DNA of 64,000 nucleotides from Lingula anatina (lineage: Eukaryota; Animalia; Brachiopoda), in contig CM120644.1 in NCBI GenBank assembly GCA_051362555.1, forward strand, positions 7,386,954 through 7,450,953, given 5' to 3'. A program made the position numbers and the translations under genes. How positions within the stretch are numbered: the first letter of the stretch is position 1; the number at the start of each line of letters is the position of its first letter. This document shows, piece after piece, positions 54,360-64,000 of the stretch. Under the pieces are notes generated by a model that saw only the letters and a list, made by a program, of their open reading frames with translations, was not told the origin of the DNA and made no database searches.

Positions 54360-55068
54360 TGAAAGACCGAGACAAATCAGAAAGAGATAGTCAAGGTGTT
54401 TATTATTTCAAACATTTTTTTTCCTGTAGAGCTGTTGATAAAAGTACAAGTAAATGAGAACTATCATATATGTTAATATAATGTGTGGTTGTGAATAAGC
54501 TAGTTTGTGCTCAGAAGATGTTTGAAGAAACAGAGGCGTAAATGACCAAGACAAATCAGAAAGAGACAGTCAACTTGAAGGTGTTTATTATTTTGAACAT
54601 TTTTTTTCTTGTGGTGCTGTTGATTATGGTACTTGTAAATGAGAACTACCGTGTATGTTAATATTATACGTGGTTATGTATGAGCTAATTTGTTGACAGA
54701 TGATCTGTGGAGAAACACAGGTGTGATTAATGACCAAGACAAATCAGAAAGAGATAGTCAAGGTGTTTATTATTTCGAATATTTTTTTCCTGAAGTGCTA
54801 TTGCTTATAGTACTATTAAACAAAAACTCTGTGAATATTATGTGTGGTTGTGTATAAGCTAATTTGTTGGCAAATGATGTGTTGAGAAACACAGGTGTGA
54901 ATGACCAAGACAAATCAGAAAGAGATACGTAGTCCAGGTGTTTATTATTTTGAACATTTTTTTCCTGTAGTGCTATTGGTTATAGTACCAGTAAATGAAA
55001 ACTATATGAATATTATGCCTGGTTTTGTATAAGCTAATTTGTTGACAGATGATCTGTGGAGAAACAGA
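54360..55068. repeat. ~180-bp tandem repeat x4
   Basis: gaccaagacaaatcagaaagagatagtcaaggtgtttattattt near 54365, 54544, 54733, 54903. Confidence 0.92.
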
Positions 55069-57697
55069 TAAGATCAAAATAACTATAATTAAGGTCCTCA
55101 TCAAGGTAATAAATTGCTTTTTTTTTTAAATCTATGGCACCGTTTCTGGTTAAAGAGAGTTCTATGTGCGTGTAGTGTGCTTGTGTAGGCTGGTTGTGAT
55201 GGCAAAGGACAGCGAGGACAACTCACAATGCATGCACTGTGTGGTAACGAAATAGATTCTAATTTGATTTCTGGTTTTCTATTTAAGGCGTTGACTAGTG
55301 AGGTAGTGATTGCGTATTTTACCTTAGCTGGGTATATTGATCTGGAGTTATCAGCGATGGAGACTGTGGTGCATTATGAAGGTAGCAACAGTTTTCATAG
55401 ATATACATGTATATTTATAAATTAAAATGAGCTGAATGATGTATATGTAGTTCTTTTAATTGCTAAATAGTTCATATTTGAAAGTGATTATATATTTTAG
55501 TTGTAGATTTTGCGGTGTAATTAGCTATATTGCATCCCGGCAGTGCTCTGGTTTTCTTGCTTTAGTGGTTCCCAATAATGGTTGAAACTACCGGTACTGT
55601 TTGTGATTGAGTTAATCATTGACAGATATGAAATGTTCCATTAAGATAGAAACTGTTTCTGCCTTTAAACAATCTAGATGATTGTTTTTTCTTGTAGTCC
55701 CCAAATAAGTGGTTATGCACTAAATGAATTTGATAAGAAGGTTTACTCAAAAGTTTTAATAGGATTAATAGGATAGGGCATATGTTGCAGCCAACATTCA
55801 AGCAATTTCGTGCCTAATGTGTAATTATCTGATTTACCCTTTGGAATTATTTAAATTGTAAAATCTCTTGGAGTATGATTAATGTTGCCATATTTCCTTC
55901 TTTCAATTTGAAAATGAATGAGTGTCAATGGTATATAAATGAGATACAGTGATCACTATCCACTTAGTATTTTCACTGAACATTTTTTTCTCTTTTACAT
56001 GTAATTACAGAAACTTAGGTGTATATTCAGCGTTATTTTGCTCCTGGGGATAGTGTGAGTGGAGCATAGACAAGATACCGTAGAATTGAGTCCCATTTTT
56101 TATTGATCCTCAGAATTTCATGCCTACACATTGCACATTTGTGCCTGTTACATTATTTATTTTATACCATCAATTTTCTTTATTTTTTATTTGTTAACCT
56201 GTTATCAGTAAAAGGCAAGACAACTGAATGATCTCTACAACTGGAATTATGTAACACTGGGGAATACTGCATTCTCGTTCACCTTGTTTTATAATCGTTA
56301 CCAACAGTTTTAAATTGAGTCCCCATGGAATCCTGAAATAACAGTACTTGGAGCCACACAGAGGCCTGTAGCTAGCAAGTTCAAAGTGGAGATTCTTTTT
56401 TATTTTCCTTTGGAAAATTGTACCTTTTCCATGAGGCTCTTAATTGTTTCTCATATCTAACTTGAGAAATGGCGTAGAATTGAGAACAAATTTTGACTCA
56501 GTGGGGACCTTTTGTGGTCAAAAAAGTGGTTCCTACTCATTCCCCAGAATCTGCATGCCTACTGGTGCATGTATGTATGAGCCTGTTGTAAGTAAGTGTT
56601 ATATGGGAAGAACTCTCAGACATCAATCGCTGAAAGACACGCATTTCCAAAGAAGCATAAAACAAGAATAAAAGCATTATGGATCCCCACGCTAGCTGTC
56701 TGTTATTCAAACTGTAGAGATCAACTGCTTAAGTTGTTGCTGACAATAGATTAGCAGTTTTAAAACATAGGGGGATCAATAATAAAAGAAAAAGAAGATT
56801 GAATAGACTGTTCCATTAAGCCCCCCCCCCTCCCCCTTTCATGATTTCCTGGATCAAGCATTGAAACTGTATTCCTTGAGTTTATCAATTGATCCAGGCA
56901 TCTTAAGAATAGCTATTATGAAGGCAACCTTCAACGTGAAGGATTGAGTCAATATAATAGCAACTCTTCTCCGCGATAAGCACTCGCTACAAGGTCCCGT
57001 AATCTTCTCATTTATTTCATTGTTAAAAGTGTGATAAAGAACAAGTCTGCTTAGATTCTTAATATTTCATTTGTTTAAATGGATGGCATGTGGGACAGAT
57101 AAAGGGTAAGAAGTTCTTGAACGTTTTTGTAAGTCTAAGACATCTAGCTGATATATGTCATAGAATGATATATCATTGTTGAAGTTAGACGTGGGTTGTG
57201 TCAGTAAAGCCAGAATTAGATTTGGAACAAATTGTGTTAGTTAGTTGCTGAATTTAATCAAAATTGTATTTAATCATTATGTCCAAAATCTATGCTTTGT
57301 TGATAATTTATAAAAGAGAATGATGTCATTATAAATGGAGGGTTTTATTCTACGTACACATATATTTTAATCATGGTGAAAGGTTAACATACACACATTG
57401 TCAAATAAAAACAATAGAAAACACTTGCAAATGAAAATCATTGAAGAAACAGACAATTGTGCACATGCACATAAATAAAACATATGACACATCAAGTAGC
57501 AGTATAGTGTAGCTGTACCATTGCAGGCGATTTCAGTGAGGTAACAACATGTGGGTGATGCTGGTGGAATATGGCTGTGATATGTTGATGATAAACTACT
57601 GACTCAGTACAATGACACCGATTGTGTAGTTGATCAGAATTCTGTTCAGTTTTGTTGTAGTAAAATGGCTTGAATCCTCATCTCTCTCTCTCTCTCT

Positions 57698-57777
<80 letters not shown>

Positions 57778-58384
57778 ATTGAGATTTTTTCTATGATTTT
57801 CAGATTCAGTTCATAACAGTTGGTTAATTGGCAAAATTTCCGACTTTGTTTTTGATATTCATAAATTGGCAAAAATATTGTGTGGGAGCTGAATGCAGTC
57901 TAAACAGCAATTGTGTAATGTAATTGAAATCCAGCATTAATTTCCAAGGTACCAGTATACCAGTATAGCAAGTTGTTTATTTTGTGATATCCAAGATATG
58001 TATTAATATATAGTTCATATATAGCTTTATTGTGTCTTTGATATACCAGTAAGGGAAATTTCATGCTTGATGACTGTGAAGTTACATTTGACCAGACAGA
58101 TGACCATATGTTGTTCACTGTGGAGTATATTGTAGCAGAGTTTAACCTGCAGTGAAATCCAACCAGAAGTTGGCAATATATTCTCTTGCAGTGCAATTTA
58201 TCCATGTGAGGGGTTACAATCTATGTAAGCCGAGAAACTTCCATCTATCATTTCAAGCACCATGATGTTTTTCAGAATATTTCAGAGTTATAGGATTTAA
58301 TGCATATCCAGGATTCATTGACAACAATGTGGTGAGGAGACATTGGTATATAGTAAACTAATACATATAGTATGGCTAAAAGCA

Positions 58385-58438
<54 letters not shown>

Positions 58439-59625
58439 TTTATTATATAGTTCATTCTTAACTGCTGTAAGATGGTAATCTGTGAATGTGTCATTTTGTC
58501 ATTCATAAGTCATTTTGGGGGTAAAGGACATCTTGTGCAGTGTACAGATTGCATGTGGCAGGTCCATATTATATTATTTTTTGTTAAATTGTTCTTTTAA
58601 AGAAGGACCTTGGGCCATTTATAGCATGCCATTTACTACGAGGGCATTCCATGTATCAACATATTTCATGTATGTGAAGTCTGTTGACATCTAATCTCAA
58701 ACCAGCAAATCTTGAATAAAATATCTCTGTGGCATGCATCAGAGACATAAGCAAGTTTTTTGATAGCTGAAGAGCAAGTGAGTGAAAATTGTGTGTATAA
58801 TCTGAAGTTCATGTAAACAGATATACATAGATATTTTGATGGTTAATTTATTTTACAAATTGGTGTATATTTTATACTTTTAAAGTTTTATGATAACTGA
58901 AATGCAGTGAAGTAAGTGAAAATGCATCTAATACACGTGGAGTTTACATGCAGGTAGATATGATATCTACTGTGATGTGTGTTGAATGATAACTAATTTG
59001 TTCAAAACAATGGTGTCCTGTTTCAGATGTGTTAATTGCTAAGAAATTTATCTTAAGAAAAAGGATTTTTTTTCTCCTGAGGATTATTTTTCCTGAATAT
59101 GCATCGGAAGATGAACTGTTACATTCAGATTTTACAAAACATATAAAATAAAAGTTTAAAAATTCCAAAGCTTTTACAGTACCTAGGCCATTAGAGTATT
59201 GCTTGCCTACATCAATTTTTTATGATTTTCATATTAATTTATTTCCTGCCCACTGAACAATCAAAACAACAACCATCATGCTGTAAATTATTATTTGTTT
59301 ACCAAAGTATACTTCTTCATCTGAAAAAATGAATCTTCAGGAATATGTGGGTGTGACACAATATGTAGGCGGTGTGTCAATAACAATAAAAGTATGTTTT
59401 TGTATGTGATATGTGAGTACATGTGAAGTGTTTGGTTAATTTACTGGTGTAGAATTAAGTGTGTGGGTAGCTAGACAGTACATATATAAGAGTGAAAGTG
59501 TTTCTCAGCTGTAGGGAAATGGGGGAAAGGTACCAGTGAAATATTATTTGAATCATATTGTCTTATCTTATGATTGTACTACAGTATAAGCATGAAGCTT
59601 CAAACATTTTTTTTTTTCATTTTAG

Positions 59626-59809
59626 TATGCAGAGAACACCCATTCAAGGATGCAGACTTGTTCTACCGTTTCCATGACGATGACCAAGGGGTTGGCACAG
59701 TACCCACTTCAGGCATGAAGAAAGAGTGTGAGGAACTCCTGCCTGAAGTAGTCAACAATTTGGTACAGATTGGACCTGACGCTTTGATGAGGATGATTTT
59801 AAGAAAACT
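59626..59809 (+). CDS. RAPGEF4: Epac2 exon 8 (VCREHPFKDADLFYRFHDDD...GPDALMRMILRK)
   Basis: Matches LFYRFLDDE...GPDAHMRMILRK; phase 1/2. Confidence 0.96.
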
Positions 59810-60283
59810 GTGAGTTGTTCATTGTGTGTTTGGAGTGGCTTTGAACTTTTCATAATTTTTATCTATTCATGTGTGATTCGGATTGTCTCTGATGATGGTT
59901 TGGATGCATTGTCACACTTAACACGCTGTCACACCTGACAAAATGTTTGTCAAGATGCATTATCGAAATTGTCCCAGTCATCACACTGTCATGATGGGTA
60001 CAATGTCACACTAATTACAGAGTAAATACATTGCACATAGCCGTATTGCCCAGCTTTAGATAAGTGAAGAACATGCTTAAGAACTGCTGATATGTAATAG
60101 TGTCTTATATCTGACATCACCACACCAGAGGCAATATCTGTCGAGTCTAAATTTAATTATATCACAATTTATTTATCACAAATATGTATTAGCATGCTTT
60201 CGTGTGCACGTGCATACACACTTCATGCACACTTTCAGGATTATGACAGATTTATAAGCAATACATTAATATCCTTGTTTCAG

Positions 60284-60429
60284 ACCTGAAGACAGAAGTC
60301 CTGAAGACTTGGAGATTATCTACGAGGAACTGCTGCACATCAAGGCCCTGTCTCACCTGTCTACTATGGTAAAGAGAGAACTGGCCAGTGTCCTCATGTT
60401 TGAGGCGCATGAGAGAGCTGGAACTGTTT
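60284..60429 (+). CDS. RAPGEF4: Epac2 exon 9 ([48 protein letters not shown])
   Basis: Near identity to Epac2 CNB-B; phase 2/1. Confidence 0.97.
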
Positions 60430-60830
60430 GTAAGTATATTGTCTCAACTAACACATTTCAATTAATATTACATTGTCTCACCCACCTAACTGCCATACCT
60501 AAAATAGTTCACCCAAATCACTGTAATCATATTTAGTACACATTTGTCCACTGTATTGAAAGGAGAACTGACCATGTGCACTATAGAGCTGGAACTGTCT
60601 GTAAGAATACTGCTATATCTGACACATTGTCTTAACACAATATCACATGCTGGCACACCTAACACACTGTCACATCTCCAGCCCTTTTATAACACAATTA
60701 TAGCTTTGATTGAGCAAAGTTAGTAATTGAGCACATTTGTTCCACTTTGTCAAAATAATTATTATGCTTACTGTAAGGTGATAGTTATAAGAATGTATTT
60801 TAATGTGACATTACTTATATTTTGTTCCAG

Positions 60831-60907
60831 TATTTAACCAAGGAGATGAAGGAACATCCTGGTACATTATACTCAAGGGGTCTGTCAATGTTGTTATATA
60901 TGGAAAG
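60831..60907 (+). CDS. RAPGEF4: Epac2 exon 10 ([26 protein letters not shown])
   Basis: Near identity; phase 1/0. Confidence 0.97.
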
Positions 60908-61209
60908 GTAAAATTTTCAAGAAGAAAAATTCCTAGTAACTTGCACACATTCACACATAGATATGACCCTTTGATGCACTTGATCAATAATGAACCTTAT
61001 AAGTGTTCTTTATGTAAACTTCATTTCTTCAAAAGGAACTTAAACTGTTTTCTTTTTTTATTATTTTTTTCTTTTTTTTTTAATTTAAAATTTAAACATC
61101 TTTCTTCGGTTTTCACACAAAATTCTCAAAAACATTGTAATACCCCTTTCTCAATATGAAACGTGATAGTTAAAATGACTCTGACTTATTGTTTACTGAT
61201 TACTCCTAG

Positions 61210-61277
61210 GGCGTGGTATGTACACTTCATGAAGGAGATGATTTTGGAAAGCTGGCCTTGGTCAATGATGCCCCCAG
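61210..61277 (+). CDS. RAPGEF4: Epac2 exon 11 (GVVCTLHEGDDFGKLALVNDAPR), CNB-B phosphate-binding cassette
   Basis: Matches recalled Epac2 sequence; phase 0/2. Confidence 0.97.
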
Positions 61278-61604
61278 GTAGGTAGATTGCCACAAGACCA
61301 CACATTAATAAGTTCTTACTGGCTGTTAATGGCCACTTAAACATCTGGTCCCTTGATAACGACTGTTCCACTCCATCTCCGCCAATCTCAATATCTATGC
61401 TTTTTTTTTCGTTTTTTTTCCTACGTAGATTTTTATACCAATATACCAGAGTCATGATTGCTTTTTGCTTAGTTATTCTATTGCAACCGGTTGTAAGTGT
61501 TGCACTGTTTGTAATATGTTACCCATAATGTGGAGATTATTGTGTAAATGATTAAATAAAAGACTAGAAGATTAACAGTTGCCTTCTTGTTCCTTTCTAT
61601 TTAG

Positions 61605-61683
61605 AGCTGCCACTATTGTGCTGCGAGAAGATGACTGTCACTTTCTACGTGTTGACAAAGAGGATTTCAACAGGATACTCAGG
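61605..61683 (+). CDS. RAPGEF4: Epac2 exon 12 ([26 protein letters not shown])
   Basis: Near identity; phase 2/0. Confidence 0.97.
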
Positions 61684-61689
61684 GTGAGT

Positions 61690-61833
61690 CTGTCACACCT
61701 AGCACAATGTCACACCTAACACATTGTCACATCTAGCTCACTGAAACAATGTCCATCTAACATAATCAAACCAACGCACTGTCACAACTAACACAATGTT
61801 ACTTCTAGCACACTGTCTCAACCAACATATTGT
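61690..61833 (+). repeat. 17-nt repeat tract (tgtcacacctaacacat), ~8 degenerate units right after the exon 12 donor
   Basis: Direct inspection. Confidence 0.85.
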
Positions 61834-61975
61834 CTTGTTACTTAGCTGCACTCCAAAAAGTGCAGTACACTGCATTACAATCAATGACGTTTCAATAGAA
61901 CAATTTTAACCAAGGCAGATTGCCAGATTCATCTCATCATGTTTTGAATTTCAAATTATAAATTTTATTATCTAG

Positions 61976-62091
61976 GATGTGGAAGCTAATACAGTGAGGT
62001 TAAAAGAGCATGGGCAGGATGTTTTGGTATTGGAGAAGATTCCAACCAAACAGCCAGGGCAGCAGACTACCTCAGGGCAAACTCATTACAA
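61976..62091 (+). CDS. RAPGEF4: Epac2 exon 13 ([39 protein letters not shown])
   Basis: Contains the VLVLE motif; phase 0/2. Confidence 0.97.
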
Positions 62092-62173
62092 GTAAGTACC
62101 TAATACTTGTACTAATACTGCAATACCTTATGCTGTGATAGGATATTCTGAAGACACTAATGATCTTCTGATG

Positions 62174-62330
62174 CAGGCCCATAGACAGGGGGGTTCGAAA
62201 GAACCCACTTTTTGGCCGGAAAAGGTCCTCTTTGGATAAAATTTTATATAGGTTCATGAATGTATCATGATTAAAGGTCCACTTTTTCAGAAAAAGAACC
62301 CCCCTTTTGAAATTGCTGGCAAAGGGCCTG
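62174..62330. mobile_element. Copy of the CAGGCCC-TIR MITE; more diverged copies near 3975-4170, 12330-12390, 56361-56565
   Basis: caggcccatagacag...ctggcaaagggcctg. Confidence 0.85.
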
Positions 62331-62432
62331 CACTGATAATAAATGATCTTGCACAATGTGAAATACACAATTACAAGCTGATTAATATAGTGACAGTTTA
62401 TGTGCATCAGGATTCACTCTTGTTTATTTCAG

Positions 62433-62515
62433 ATACTCTGTGATGGCAGGAACACCCGAAAAGATGTTGGAATACCTTCTAGAGACCATAGAAAGCAAAC
62501 ATGAAAATGTTTCAG
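62433..62515 (+). CDS. RAPGEF4: Epac2 exon 14, REM start (YSVMAGTPEKMLEYLLETIESKHENVS)
   Basis: Matches YTVMSGTPEKILEHFLETI; phase 2/1. Confidence 0.96.
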
Positions 62516-62839
62516 GTAAATTGGATGTGTAATTTATCACACTGCCACATCTCTTTTACCATATTGTAACTTATATCTGTGATGGTGACTTTTTTTTAGA
62601 AAATCTGCTTTAATGATGTAAGAGATACTGATTGAGGTAATGTGAATGAGAAATAAAGAAAATGGATTTTTTATCAGTGTAAATTTCCTTTTCTAATATA
62701 AAGATCACACAAAAGCAAACATATTTAGGTAGTATAGAACCCTTGAGTTTAAAAAATTATATTGATAACTTATTTAAACTGTTCTGTTACTGATATGTTG
62801 GTCTGTACATTTGACAGCTTTGCTGGCTTGTTTTTTCAG

Positions 62840-62918
62840 ATACATTTCTGGAGGATTTCCTGCTGACCCATATCATCTTTATGCCCAGCAATCATCTGTG
62901 TCCTGCCTTGCTTATGCA
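62840..62918 (+). CDS. RAPGEF4: Epac2 exon 15 (DTFLEDFLLTHIIFMPSNHLCPALLM-H)
   Basis: Matches [22 protein letters not shown]; ends at a U12 AT donor. Confidence 0.93.
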
Positions 62919-63354
62919 ATATCCTTGCCATGGATCACATTGTGATGCCACAACCAACACAATCACACCTAACACATTTACCACAAACAATCACATTCTG
63001 TCACAATCAATACAGTCACACCTGACACATTCAACACAAACTTCACATTCTAATGTCACAATAGACACAGTCACAACTAATACAGTCACCACTCCCATAG
63101 CTATAGTGCTCTTTTTAAGTATGGTAAATGTGGTACTAACAATGTAATTTTATCCTGTTGCAACTCACACAACTTTTCTTTCTTACACATTTCATTTAGA
63201 CAATGCAAAAATGGTTCGTTGGTATATTTTTTCCAATGCAATGAGCTGAGTTTCAATCAACACATTCACAGTGCGCAAGTATAATAGCATTAGCTTACCA
63301 ACATGCCTTTCCTGGTTATGCCTTGAGTCAATATATTTTTCTTAACTGGCCCAC
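62919..63354 (+). other. U12-type (minor spliceosome) AT-AC intron, 436 nt
   Basis: 5' end ATATCCTTG; branch site TTTTCTTAAC at 63337-46; 3' end CCCAC; splicing restores CA|C TAT = His-Tyr. Confidence 0.92.
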
Positions 63355-63600
63355 CTATAATGCTGAAGGAGCCAATGGCAACTCAGAACAGGAATCACCT
63401 GACCTGATGCTAGCCAATAAGAAAAGAGTTGTCAAGTTTGTGCAGGAATGGCAAAACGTGGCTGGAAGTGTATTCTTTGAAGATGCGACAGTCACTGCTT
63501 TCCTGGAAGAGATGAGAGTGGCAGTGAACGAAGACTCTGGATTCTTTGATTCTCTGAAAGAAGAGGCTAATACTATAAAGCAAATACAACATAGACAGCA
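63355..63600 (+). CDS. RAPGEF4: Epac2 exon 16, REM (YNAEGANGNSEQESPDLMLANKKRVVKFVQEW...AFLEEMRVAVNED...)
   Basis: Matches ALNNKRRVIRLVLQW...MAFLEEFYVSVSDD; CA|GTAAGT donor, phase 2. Confidence 0.93.
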
Positions 63601-63933
63601 GTAAGTACCATTTTTTGGAAGGGAGCAGTTGGATTAAACAGTTCAGAAAGTAGTAACAAAATTGTTTGTACATTGTATGATAAGAAAATTTATATTACTA
63701 ACAAAATGTAAAACAAAAAACATATAACAAAAATCCCAATTGACAGTGTTGATCCTTATCTTCTGTTGTCTTTTGTAGGCATCTATCACAAATAATTATA
63801 TGTACATTTTTATTTTATTCCTTAGCCTGTAGAACTAAGAGAGACATTGCATCTGTTATTTCTCTTATCATGATAATATATATATATAATTTGTGTATAA
63901 TATTGAAACAATACTATTTGTCCACCATTTCAG

Positions 63934-64000
63934 AGGACATCTGAACAGTCTCCACCCCAAGAGAGTCAGCCTTCCCGACTCTTGTTCTTCAGACCCACAA
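63934..64000 (+). CDS. RAPGEF4: Probable exon 17, partial (GHLNSLHPKRVSLPDSCSSDPQ...)
   Basis: ccatttcAG acceptor, open in phase 2; truncated by the window edge; an AG 2 nt downstream also gives an open frame. Confidence 0.6.

Noticed and set aside
60369-60374. GTAAAG donor-like site inside exon 9
   Set aside because: Epac homology continues in frame (VKRELASVL), so there is no intron here
62919-63147. Read-through ORF extension after exon 15 (YPCHGSHCDATTNT...)
   Set aside because: This is U12 intron sequence made of 17-nt repeats; homology stops at the AT donor

Overview
AT-rich, intron-rich metazoan (probably invertebrate) genomic DNA with no prokaryotic features. The window lies within one + strand gene, an Epac2/RAPGEF4-type cAMP-regulated Rap GEF. 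I could splice exons 1-17 by hand in frame, covering CNB-A, linker, DEP, CNB-B and REM; the gene runs off the right edge before the RA/CDC25 domains. The gene has at least two paralogous alternative first coding exons (one with an N-myristoylation motif), candidate internal first exons giving CNB-A-less isoforms, and a U12-type AT-AC intron (62919-63354). Intron 6 holds a ~3.96-kb CCC-terminated DNA transposon with a 2-bp TSD (CMC/EnSpm-like). It has dense subterminal arrays of the palindrome TCCTATAGGA and a decayed minus-strand BEN-domain exon. Several MITE families, long hairpins, mini- and microsatellites are also present, plus a 17-nt CTAAC-containing repeat that recurs just downstream of several exons. 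Homology calls are from recalled sequences, not searches. Most ORFs in the supplied track are spurious.
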